Positions 45,770-54,408 of a DNA stretch of 64,000 nucleotides are shown piece by piece; within the stretch, counting starts at the first letter, position 1, and each line of letters opens with the position of its first letter. Under the pieces are notes generated by a model. It had not been told where the DNA came from, searched no databases, and was given only the letters and a program-made list of their open reading frames with translations. Both the position numbers and the translations under genes were made by a program. The DNA is taken from contig CAVGNU010000002.1 in assembly GCA_963630775.1 (NCBI GenBank), positions 3,406 to 67,405 on the forward strand, read 5' to 3'. Source of the stretch: Bacteroides fragilis. Lineage in GTDB: Bacteria; Pseudomonadota; Alphaproteobacteria; Rs-D84.

Positions 45770-48298
45770 TTACCCGAACAACGTCAGTTGTGTTGTATCA
45801 TTCGGCTGCATCACACGCGATGGCTTTTTCGGCGCAGGCGTTGCAACCGGTGCGGGTGTGATATTTTCTGTTGTGGTGCGCGCCCCCTCCAACCCGGCCA
45901 AAACAGATTCTGCACGGGCGACAACCGATGCCGGCATGCCCGCCATTTTGGCGACGTGTATGCCATATGAACGGTTGGCAACACCCGCCACAATTTTATG
46001 CATAAATACAATGTCGTTATTATGTTCGCGTACATCAATGGTCAGGCACGACACATGATGCAAACGCCCCGCATCATCGCCAACCAATGCCGTCAATTCA
46101 TGATAGTGCGTGGCAAACAATGTGCGTGGTGACAATTCGTCCAGATATTCCAACACCGCCTGTGCAATCGCCATACCATCATACGTTGCCGTACCACGTC
46201 CGATTTCATCAAAAATGATAAATGATTTCTTGGTCGCGCGACGCAAGATGTTGGCGGTCTCGCTCATTTCCACCATGAATGTCGATTGTCCCGCGGCCAG
46301 ATTGTCTGATGCGCCAACACGGCTGAATAATTGGTCACAGATACCAATCGTCGCGCGCGATGCCGGCACAAACGACCCCAAATGCGCCAGCACAACAATC
46401 AATGCATTCTGGCGCAAGTATGTTGATTTACCCGCCATATTCGGGCCGGTCAGCAATGCAATCGGACGCACGTTCAAATTACAATCGTTTTTAACAAAAT
46501 TGTCGCCACGCCTGCGTAATACTGATTCAATCACGGGGTGACGCCCGCCCACGATGTCAAACGCGCCGTCATCGGTAATACTTGGTCGTACCCAACCATA
46601 ATCACGTGCCACCGTGGCCAGCGCATACCACACATCCAAATCCGCCAGTAAATCCGCCACAGACAGCAAATCATCAGATATCGCGCGGATGTCCGCAATC
46701 AGATTTGCAATAATATCATTTTCAATACCTGTCGCGCGCTCGGCTGCACTGCGCACATTATTGTCCAAATCAATCAGTTGCGCGGTGGTGAAACGCATAT
46801 TGCCCGCCAATGTCTGGCGATGTATAAATCCTGATTCTGGCATCATCAGCGCGTCGGCACGTGCCGATGGCACTTCGATAAAATACCCCAGAACATTATT
46901 GTATTTGATTTTCAGTGTGTGCACGCCGGTCTGGGTTGCATACTGTGATTGCAGGCCCGCGATTGTTTCCTTGGCCCCGTGGGCCAATGCGCGCATATTG
47001 TCCAGCGCAACATCAAATCCATCACGTATCACCCCACCATCACGGAAAAATGTCGGTAATTCATCGGCCAACGCATGCGACAACTTTATTGCCAAATCAT
47101 TATGCGTATTTATATTCGCAAATTGTGCCGCCAGACCAGCATCCAAACGCGGGCCCATCATTTTGAAATTCGGCAATTCAATCAAGAAATCCGCCACATG
47201 ACGCATATCGCGTGGCGTTCCGCGTCCCGACAACAGGCGCGTCAAACTGCGCCCGACATCCGGTACAGACGCCAATGACGCCGCAACGGTCGCCATAACG
47301 TCACTGTTCAAAATCATATGACCAATATGTTCCTGACGGTTGCGAATTTCCGTGGCGTCGCCCGACAATGTGCGCAAATAACCACGCAATTTACGCGCGC
47401 CAGCCGCGGTCTTGGTCACGTCCAGAACATCAATCAAACATGCGCCGCCATCTGATATCGGGGCATCTATTTCCAAACTGCGCCATGTGGCAGAATCAAT
47501 CAATAATTGCGCGCCTGATTTGAATACATACGGCGCACGAAATGTCGTTGTGGCGTCGCGCTGGGTATTAAACAAATACCCCGCCAGAATTTGAATCGCA
47601 GACATTGCGGGCGTTGCCGCCACATTGCCATCAATCGCACCCGAAAACACGCGCGATACAATCTGGTCAATGTCCGCACGGTGATACAATTTTTCGTACA
47701 CCGGTGTTGTCTTGAACACATCACGCAGGTGTTGAATTGTTTCTGTTTCCGCGTCGCGTTCGGGGTAAATAACCTCTGCCGGATTTATGCGAACCAAATC
47801 ATCCAATACGTCGGCGGTGCGACCAACAAAAAATTCACCCGTTGAAATATCACACCCCGCGATATCAAATGCATCGGCATTTGGCACAACCGCAACCAAG
47901 AAATTAGAATTTTTCGGCGTCAGCAAATTTTCATCTGTCAATGTCCCCGATGTCAGAACACGAATGATTTTGCGTTCTATGTATTTATGACCGCGCGCCT
48001 TGGCCTGGGCGGGGGTCTCCATTTGTTCAACCAGCGCAACCTTGAACCCTGCGCGAACCAAGCGGCCGAAATAATTGTCCGCCGCATGCCATGGAATCCC
48101 GCACATCGGAATGTCCGCGCCATCGCCGTCCGTGCCACGCGCCGTCAAAACCAGCCCCAAATTTTGGCTGATTATCTTTGCATCTTCGAAAAAAGATTCG
48201 TAAAAGTCCCCCAACCGAAACATCAACAGTGCATCTGGATTTTCAGATTTCATATCCATGTACTGTTGCATAACGGGGGTCAGTTTTGGTTTTTCCAT
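45770..48298 (-). CDS. mutS: DNA mismatch repair protein MutS
   Basis: TPVMQQY...GDFYE mismatch-binding N-terminus, Walker A GPNMAGKST, DEIGRGTATYDG. Confidence 0.97.
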   Translation of the reverse strand: MEKPKLTPVMQQYMDMKSENPDALLMFRLGDFYESFFEDAKIISQNLGLVLTARGTDGDGADIPMCGIPWHAADNYFGRLVRAGFKVALVEQMETPAQAKARGHKYIERKIIRVLTSGTLTDENLLTPKNSNFLVAVVPNADAFDIAGCDISTGEFFVGRTADVLDDLVRINPAEVIYPERDAETETIQHLRDVFKTTPVYEKLYHRADIDQIVSRVFSGAIDGNVAATPAMSAIQILAGYLFNTQRDATTTFRAPYVFKSGAQLLIDSATWRSLEIDAPISDGGACLIDVLDVTKTAAGARKLRGYLRTLSGDATEIRNRQEHIGHMILNSDVMATVAASLASVPDVGRSLTRLLSGRGTPRDMRHVADFLIELPNFKMMGPRLDAGLAAQFANINTHNDLAIKLSHALADELPTFFRDGGVIRDGFDVALDNMRALAHGAKETIAGLQSQYATQTGVHTLKIKYNNVLGYFIEVPSARADALMMPESGFIHRQTLAGNMRFTTAQLIDLDNNVRSAAERATGIENDIIANLIADIRAISDDLLSVADLLADLDVWYALATVARDYGWVRPSITDDGAFDIVGGRHPVIESVLRRRGDNFVKNDCNLNVRPIALLTGPNMAGKSTYLRQNALIVVLAHLGSFVPASRATIGICDQLFSRVGASDNLAAGQSTFMVEMSETANILRRATKKSFIIFDEIGRGTATYDGMAIAQAVLEYLDELSPRTLFATHYHELTALVGDDAGRLHHVSCLTIDVREHNNDIVFMHKIVAGVANRSYGIHVAKMAGMPASVVARAESVLAGLEGARTTTENITPAPVATPAPKKPSRVMQPNDTTQLTLFG

Positions 48299-48310
48299 CT
48301 TGCGACGCGC

Positions 48311-48511
48311 CTATGCTTGCGTTTCAACCTTTAACGTTTCGATTTTCAATTCTGCTTCTTTCAGTAACTGTTCGCAATACGCTTTTAACTTGATACCCTG
48401 TTCGTACGCCGCCACAGAATCCGCCAATGGCAATTCGCCAGATTCCATTTTCTTGACCAATTCGGTCAGTTGCTTGTACGCATCTTCAAACGATAATTTT
48501 TTGTCGTCCAT
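48311..48511 (-). CDS. xseB: Exodeoxyribonuclease VII small subunit
   Basis: 66 aa. SFEDAYKQLTELVKKMESGELPLADSVAAYEQGIKL. Confidence 0.9.
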   Translation of the reverse strand: MDDKKLSFEDAYKQLTELVKKMESGELPLADSVAAYEQGIKLKAYCEQLLKEAELKIETLKVETQA

Positions 48512-48601
48512 AATTGTACCTTTGTTTTATCGGTCTAAATGTACAAGATAAAATGCCGATTGTAAAGGGTCAGTTTTTATAAATCGCCCTGCTCTAAACA
48601 G

Positions 48602-48630
48602 TTGCAAATCGGAAAAGATTCTTTTATAAT
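48602..48630 (+). promoter_or_regulatory. Sigma70-like promoter
   Basis: TTGCAA-17 nt-TATAAT. Confidence 0.55.
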
Positions 48631-48636
48631 CGCACT

Positions 48637-48720
48637 GTCATGGCGTGTTGCCGTGATGGGGTCTGATAACCCGTTTTGTGCGTCGGAATAAGATCCAAGT
48701 GCGCGCGGGCGCATTTTTTA
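48637..48720 (+). ncRNA. Candidate small RNA or first leader module (about 85 nt)
   Basis: Begins just downstream of the promoter. Two short hairpins (catggc..gccgtg, ggg..ccc), then terminator tgcgc-gcgg-gcgca plus T6. Confidence 0.4.
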
Positions 48721-48738
48721 TTACGACGAAAAATATAA

Positions 48739-48842
48739 CTCCTGAACCAACTGGTCAGGAGGGTTGCGAATATACTGAATAAGCACACAATTCACAAAAT
48801 TGTTATCAGCCTCCTGACCACCAAATAACTTGGTGGTTTTTT
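48739..48842 (+). promoter_or_regulatory. Terminator/antiterminator-type attenuator upstream of the Cys-rich small protein gene
   Basis: ggtcaggagg (48753-62) can pair with upstream ctcctgaacc (48739-48) or with downstream cctcctgacc (48810-19). The downstream segment overlaps the terminator stem ccaccaa/ttggtgg plus T6 (48818-42). Confidence 0.45.
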
Positions 48843-48870
48843 CGTACGAAAAACAACAGGGGGTAAAACA

Positions 48871-49215
48871 ATGAAAGCAAAAATAATCACAAGTATCGCA
48901 CTGGCGATTATCGCCGTGCCAAATCTGGCGCGCTCCGTGTGCCTGAACATTGAAGAGTGTCTAAATACCGCACCCGCTGGATATTGTTGTTGCACCAACG
49001 GCCAGACGGATTCAAGCTACAGTTGCCCAGACGGATATACTTTATCTGGGACAACGTGTTCGCGCGCCGACACCACCAGCAGTGATGAAACAGGAACATA
49101 CGTCATATCGTACGACACATGCAACGCAACGGTATCACTAATAACTTGTACAACCACCGTTCTGCAGTCATCAATACGCTATGATCAGGACTGTATGTGC
49201 ATGGACGCGGGATAG
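48871..49215 (+). CDS. Small secreted cysteine-rich protein
   Basis: 114 aa. Signal peptide MKAKIITSIALAIIAVPNLA, 13 Cys including a CCC run, SD AGGGGG. Confidence 0.6.
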   Translation: MKAKIITSIALAIIAVPNLARSVCLNIEECLNTAPAGYCCCTNGQTDSSYSCPDGYTLSGTTCSRADTTSSDETGTYVISYDTCNATVSLITCTTTVLQSSIRYDQDCMCMDAG

Positions 49216-49258
49216 AGAAACGCATATTTACTTTCACCATTTGTATGTCAACGATGGG

Positions 49259-49287
49259 ACGCGCCGGCATTTGCCGGTGTTTTTTTA
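49259..49287 (+). terminator. Intrinsic terminator (ccggcatttgccgg family)
   Basis: gccggca-tt-tgccggtg followed by T7. Confidence 0.7.
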
Positions 49288-49288
49288 T

Positions 49289-49403
49289 AAAGTACAGAGG
49301 TCATCTGTCTACGCTAACGCAGTGAAGCAATCCAGTAAATTAAACTTGTCCGCCAATGGCGGACACACATTATTTGCACTTTGAACTTTGGTATTTGAAC
49401 TCT
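49289..49403. repeat. Heptamer-periodic intergenic element, copy e
   Basis: AAAGTAC AGAGGTC ATCTGTC ... GTCCGCC aat GGCGGAC ... tatttgcactttgaactttggtatttgaactct. The right arm is the reverse complement of the left arm of copy a. Confidence 0.75.
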
Positions 49404-49428
49404 AAAAAATGCCCCACACGGGGCATGG
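49404..49428 (-). terminator. Hairpin terminator downstream of parB
   Basis: aaaaaatgcccc-acac-ggggcat. Confidence 0.65.
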
Positions 49429-50310
49429 TTATTTGCTCAGTTTTTCAACCAATTCGTTCAGTTGCACGCGGGTGGCAAATGATATTACAATCTGGCCCGC
49501 GCCACCACGACGTTCTGATATTTTAACTTTTGCGCCAATGGCACTGGAAATGCGACCCTCCATATCGCGACGAACACCGTCATCAATCGTTTTTTTTGTG
49601 TATGCGCGACTGGTATTGCGACGTGCGCCCTGCTTTACACGTGTGGCCGCATCCGCCACAGACAAATGATTCTGGACAATTTCGCGTGCCAATTCCTCCG
49701 GATTTTCCGCAACCGCGATTGTACGCGCATGCGATGCCGACAATTCGCCCGATTTTACCATTTCTTTGACAGTGTCTGGCAACGCACAAATACGCAGCAT
49801 ATTGCGAATATAACTTTCTGACTTACTAATCAGGCGCGATATGTCGTCCATGGAATAGCCGCACTTGTCCATTATGTTTTTGTATGCGGCGGCCTCTTCT
49901 ATTGGGTTCAGGTTTTCACGCTGGACATTTTCAATCAGTGCAATTTCCATCGCATTGCCATCGTCCAACGTCTTGACCAATGCGGGGATTTCCGCCAGCC
50001 CCGCCATCTTGCTGGCGCGATAGCGGCGTTCGCCCGCCACAATTTCGTACATATACGGTCGATTTGTAACCGCACGCAACAAGATTGGCTGCAATACGCC
50101 CTTCTCTTTTATAGACGCCGCCAAATCCGCCAATTCAGCATCTGTAAAGGTCTTGCGCGGCTGGTCGGGGTTTGCGCCAATTTGCGCCAACGGGATTTGT
50201 TTTACCACAACGCGGTCACCACCGGTCAATGCGGTGATATCTGGCACAGATAAGCCAATTTCGTTTTGCAAATCGGCCAAACCACGTCCCAATCCAAACT
50301 TAGTTGCCAT
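49429..50310 (-). CDS. parB: Chromosome partitioning protein ParB
   Basis: GLGRGLADL and the ParB box IVAGERRYRAS. Confidence 0.95.
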   Translation of the reverse strand: MATKFGLGRGLADLQNEIGLSVPDITALTGGDRVVVKQIPLAQIGANPDQPRKTFTDAELADLAASIKEKGVLQPILLRAVTNRPYMYEIVAGERRYRASKMAGLAEIPALVKTLDDGNAMEIALIENVQRENLNPIEEAAAYKNIMDKCGYSMDDISRLISKSESYIRNMLRICALPDTVKEMVKSGELSASHARTIAVAENPEELAREIVQNHLSVADAATRVKQGARRNTSRAYTKKTIDDGVRRDMEGRISSAIGAKVKISERRGGAGQIVISFATRVQLNELVEKLSK

Positions 50311-51082
50311 TTTCGCCCCCTTCTAGTTTTTGAATTATTTCGGTTGCAACGCGCAGATACGCCTGTGCGCCGCTTGAATTAAAATCATAGAATAACGCCG
50401 GTTTACCGAAACTGGGTGCTTCGGATACACGAACATTGCGTGGAACAACGGTTTTGAACACTTGGTCGCCAAATGTTTTACGCACGTCATCATCAACCGC
50501 ACGCGTAACACCATAACGACGATCATACATGGTCAGCAAGAACCCCAACACCGCCAATTTTGGATTTATCTTGTCGTGCACGGCGCGAATTGTCATCAAT
50601 AATTGCTGTACCCCCTCTAATGAATAAAATTCGCACTGCATCGGGACAACGACCCAGTCAGACGCAACCAATGCGTTTATGGTCAAATACCCCAATGTCG
50701 GCGGGCAATCCAATAATATATAATCATAGTGCGATGCAACCGTTGCCAACGCATCACGCAGGCGAAATTCACGGTTATCAGCGTCCAGCAAATCAATTTC
50801 CGCGCCCGCCAACGCCATACTGGACGGCATAATATGCATATTTGGAACGGCGGTTGTTAAAATATTGTCGGCGGCCGCAGCCGTGCCCATAATAACGCCA
50901 TAAACACTTTGGCGATGCGCGCTGCGCACAAATCCAAGCCCTGTTCCAGCATTACCCTGTGGATCCAAGTCGACCAGCAAAACACGCTTTTTAATTGCCG
51001 CCAATGACGCGCCAATATTGATTGCAGTTGTTGTTTTGCCAACGCCACCCTTTTGATTTGCAAATGCGATTACTGTTGCCAT
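50300..51082 (-). CDS. parA: Chromosome partitioning ATPase ParA/Soj
   Basis: Deviant Walker A NQKGGVGKTT. ATG 51082 (MATVIAF) chosen. Confidence 0.95.
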   Translation of the reverse strand: MATVIAFANQKGGVGKTTTAINIGASLAAIKKRVLLVDLDPQGNAGTGLGFVRSAHRQSVYGVIMGTAAAADNILTTAVPNMHIMPSSMALAGAEIDLLDADNREFRLRDALATVASHYDYILLDCPPTLGYLTINALVASDWVVVPMQCEFYSLEGVQQLLMTIRAVHDKINPKLAVLGFLLTMYDRRYGVTRAVDDDVRKTFGDQVFKTVVPRNVRVSEAPSFGKPALFYDFNSSGAQAYLRVATEIIQKLEGGENGN

Positions 51083-51193
51083 TCGTTTTTCACCATTCCT
51101 TTCTGATGTTGCAAGTATTATAAAAAGGTCTGAATCGGTCAAGGCAATTATATTTTGCAAACAAAAAACATAGTAATTACAGTTTAATAAAAT

Positions 51194-51209
51194 TTATTTC
51201 ATATGAAAT
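51194..51209. repeat. 16-bp repeat containing the palindrome ATTTCATATGAAAT, left copy
   Basis: ttatttcatatgaaat is identical to 52195-52210. Confidence 0.85.
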
Positions 51210-51218
51210 AAAGCCCGT

Positions 51219-51246
51219 TTGACAAGCGTATATTTTGTTATACAAT
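51219..51246 (+). promoter_or_regulatory. Sigma70-like promoter, with the -10 box 7 nt from the ATG (leaderless candidate)
   Basis: TTGACA-16 nt-TACAAT-7 nt-ATG(51254). No SD. Confidence 0.5.
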
Positions 51247-51253
51247 TTATAAT

Positions 51254-52177
51254 ATGCGGTTCAAAACACTGTTTACTTTATCAACATCTGTTGTCGCCAG
51301 CGCATTATTGTGTTGGGGCGGAGTGAAAAAATATCAAAAAACACCGGTAAATGCCGGCAAATTTTCAACCGTTCAGATGCTTAAAATTACCAGCGATACA
51401 ATCCGCGTGTCCGATTCGAATTTTAATCACGTTTCTAAAACGGCTGCTGCCGGATTGTTTTTCCCATACGAAAACAGGGTTGTTGTTTTTCATTTTGAAC
51501 CAACAGACACCACTGCACATGTTGTGCATTTCTGTAATATGAATAACCAAATGAAACCACTGGTTCAGCGGCACGAGATTGAACATGCACGCAAGGCAAT
51601 ATTTACCCACCAAGACAAATTACATTCACCGTATGTGCGCGGGCAGATTGCCGCGATGAATGAAATTATCGCGCCGGCGGCCGAAATTATAGAGGCGCTG
51701 GATTGGCGCGCCACGCACGGTTGTCGGTTTCCTACACTATCAAATTGTCTGGCACGTGCCGATCGCGATATAACACGTATGGCAGACACATTGAAAATGT
51801 CGTGGCCACTGGATTTCAACAGACCGGAAATTGCAACGCTGGTTATGAAATACGCGTTGCAAAAATTCCAAATTGAATTTAATCACGGTGTTTATCGCAC
51901 GACAATACGTCGGGCAACCGAATCGATATTGAACAAAAAATATATTCCAAATGACCAGTGCGGTTTTCCATACCACGACATGTTATTCTGTCCTGAATCC
52001 GATATGTGGGCCCCAATGTGGTCGTTTAATTCACTGCGTGGGCGTGTGAACCCATGGGTGTTTGCAGATGTCAATATGCGCAAAAAATTACTGGACGATG
52101 TGAAAAAATTTGTCGAATCCGCCAGCGACGTTACCGGCCAAAAACCACCATTTTTAATAAATGCTAAAACACGCTGA
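51254..52177 (+). CDS. Hypothetical membrane-anchored or secreted protein with an HExxH motif
   Basis: 307 aa. N-terminal hydrophobic segment. RHEIEHARK (HExxH). Opposite strand to the flanking parA and rsmG. Confidence 0.55.
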   Translation: MRFKTLFTLSTSVVASALLCWGGVKKYQKTPVNAGKFSTVQMLKITSDTIRVSDSNFNHVSKTAAAGLFFPYENRVVVFHFEPTDTTAHVVHFCNMNNQMKPLVQRHEIEHARKAIFTHQDKLHSPYVRGQIAAMNEIIAPAAEIIEALDWRATHGCRFPTLSNCLARADRDITRMADTLKMSWPLDFNRPEIATLVMKYALQKFQIEFNHGVYRTTIRRATESILNKKYIPNDQCGFPYHDMLFCPESDMWAPMWSFNSLRGRVNPWVFADVNMRKKLLDDVKKFVESASDVTGQKPPFLINAKTR

Positions 52178-52194
52178 TTTCAACAAATTATTGC

Positions 52195-52210
52195 TTATTT
52201 CATATGAAAT
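52195..52210. repeat. 16-bp repeat containing the palindrome ATTTCATATGAAAT, right copy
   Basis: Identical to 51194-51209. Abuts the rsmG stop codon. Confidence 0.85.
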
Positions 52211-52770
52211 TACCGGCATTTTTTGATAATTATAATATGCCCATCGCCGGTGCGTGATTTTACCAATTCATAATCAAATTTATATTTGGTTTGTGCGGTC
52301 GCAATTTCTGCCGATATTTCCCGGCCTTTTAGCAAAAAAAGCCGGCATTTTGTTTTGGCAACATAGTCAAAAATTTTAATCAGTGGCGCAAACGCACGTG
52401 CTGTGAACACAATATTGCCGGTATTTGCCGGCATTTTTTTAACAAAATCTTCGACACGACCATGGTAAATCGTCAAATTCTGTAAATCCAGACGTTCTTT
52501 GACCGCATTCAGAAACGCGACCTTTTTACCAATTGATTCAATACATGTCACGTGCCAGCCTAAAATTGCCAACACAATCCCAGGGAATCCAGCCCCACTG
52601 CCCAAATCGACAATTTGTGCGTCCGATGGCAAAACATCTGCCAGTTGCGCCGAATCGGCAAAATGACGATTTTCAATGTCAGACAGCGTACTGGGCGCAA
52701 CCAAATTCATTTTGGTTGACCATGTGCGTAACATATCTGCGTACTGTTCAAATTTGACTTTATTATTCAT
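52210..52770 (-). CDS. rsmG: 16S rRNA m7G527 methyltransferase
   Basis: VDLGSGAGFPGIVLAI SAM motif. Position next to parAB. Confidence 0.9.
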   Translation of the reverse strand: MNNKVKFEQYADMLRTWSTKMNLVAPSTLSDIENRHFADSAQLADVLPSDAQIVDLGSGAGFPGIVLAILGWHVTCIESIGKKVAFLNAVKERLDLQNLTIYHGRVEDFVKKMPANTGNIVFTARAFAPLIKIFDYVAKTKCRLFLLKGREISAEIATAQTKYKFDYELVKSRTGDGHIIIIKKCR

Positions 52771-52782
52771 ACGCGGTATTCT
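52754..52782 (+). promoter_or_regulatory. Sigma70-like promoter of the TPR-gpsA unit, with a very short leader
   Basis: TTGACT-17 nt-TATTCT-9 nt-ATG(52792). Confidence 0.45.
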
Positions 52783-52791
52783 AGCACAGTT

Positions 52792-54408
52792 ATGAAAAAA
52801 ATAGAAAGTTTATTTATTGGGGCGGCGTGTTTGGCCACGGTACTTGGGGCGGGCGTCGCAATTTGGAATCACGCAAGCATACCACCCGCGCCATTGTTGC
52901 ACGAATTTCCGATTACACCACATGGGGCATATCTGGCTGCGCGCCACGCGATATATGTGAATGATTTTGACCGTGCCGTCGAATTTTCAAACGTCACGCG
53001 TAACGTACAATTTGACGTGGTACAGAATGCACGCTATTTAGCTGAATTTTTATCTGGTAAAATACCGGAAAATGCTGGTGATTTGAAAAAAGCGACTGCG
53101 CCCGCAGCAAAACTGATTTATGACGCATATCTGGTTGCAAATGATGATTGGGACGCGTTCTATAAGCGACATAAAAACGATAAATCCGCATTGATGGCGC
53201 CGTTCAAAATTTGGTCAATGATTGGCAATAATCGCCGGACAGAGGCATTAAAGTTCGTCGACAGCACCCTAACCAATAATGCATGGAAATCGTTTATGCG
53301 TGGGCAAATTTACGCTGAAACCGGTAACATAAAACGTGCCGCCGCCGAATTTGCACGGGTACGCTGTGATTTTATGAATATAAACGATTACAGATATATT
53401 ATGTCGTTCTATATTCACAATGGTATGAATGATGCGGCGGACGCATTGCGCCGTGATTTTACGTCGCATTTGGGCGGTATGTATATGTTGGAATACACGG
53501 ACATTCCCACGTGGGAAACCTTTGCGGGGACAAAAAATGCACTGGCGTTCAGTTTGGTTCAGACCGTATCACACACCCAGATTATGATATATTCTGATTT
53601 GTCGTTGTTGATGCTGCGATTCGCAGAAATTACCAGCCCAAATTTTGGTAATAATAATGACGCAATCAACTATTATCTGGGCCAGTTTTTCTTTAACAAT
53701 GGTGGCAATTACCAAACGTATTTTGACCGCATTGACTCATCTAGTCCATATTATCTGTTTGGCGTTCTGCGCAATGCAGAGCGGGACGGTAACATCGCAA
53801 CACTGGAACGCGTTGTAAAAATAAATCCATTGTTTGTGCCGGCGGTGGAACGCTTGGTCGGATACCATGTGCATCAAGGACGCTATCGCGCGGCACTACG
53901 CACGATAAAGCAGGCGTTGGACAACCCGAATTTGACCGAAGGTGGACGTGCCCGTTTCTTGCGCAATCGGGCGTACACGCACTATGTATTTGGCAAATAT
54001 GACGATGCCCAGCGTGATATAAATTCCGCGACCGAGGTTCTGGCCATGGACGGCGATGGTATGATTATACAGGCGTTGGTATGGGCGGCCCAGAATCAAG
54101 AACTGGACAACGCATATGATTACGCGATGCGGGTTTTAATTCGTGATATTCGCAATGTGCGCGCGTGGGACGCAGTTGGCGTGACGGTTGCCGCCCGCGA
54201 AGGCACGGCCGAAGGCATCAAGATTATGGAAGAGGTTACCGAACGCACACATGAATGTTCGTTGTTGTATATGCATTTGGGCGATATGTACGCGGCAGTC
54301 GGCAATGTTGAACAAGCACGCAAAGCGTATCAGGCGGCGATTGATTTATCTGGCGACGGTTGGACAAGTAAGCCCGCGTTGCAAAAGAAATTGAGGAAAC
54401 TGAAATGA
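52792..54408 (+). CDS. Large TPR-repeat protein with an N-terminal signal/anchor
   Basis: 538 aa with multiple TPR-like helical pairs. ATGA overlap with gpsA. Confidence 0.6.
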   Translation: MKKIESLFIGAACLATVLGAGVAIWNHASIPPAPLLHEFPITPHGAYLAARHAIYVNDFDRAVEFSNVTRNVQFDVVQNARYLAEFLSGKIPENAGDLKKATAPAAKLIYDAYLVANDDWDAFYKRHKNDKSALMAPFKIWSMIGNNRRTEALKFVDSTLTNNAWKSFMRGQIYAETGNIKRAAAEFARVRCDFMNINDYRYIMSFYIHNGMNDAADALRRDFTSHLGGMYMLEYTDIPTWETFAGTKNALAFSLVQTVSHTQIMIYSDLSLLMLRFAEITSPNFGNNNDAINYYLGQFFFNNGGNYQTYFDRIDSSSPYYLFGVLRNAERDGNIATLERVVKINPLFVPAVERLVGYHVHQGRYRAALRTIKQALDNPNLTEGGRARFLRNRAYTHYVFGKYDDAQRDINSATEVLAMDGDGMIIQALVWAAQNQELDNAYDYAMRVLIRDIRNVRAWDAVGVTVAAREGTAEGIKIMEEVTERTHECSLLYMHLGDMYAAVGNVEQARKAYQAAIDLSGDGWTSKPALQKKLRKLK

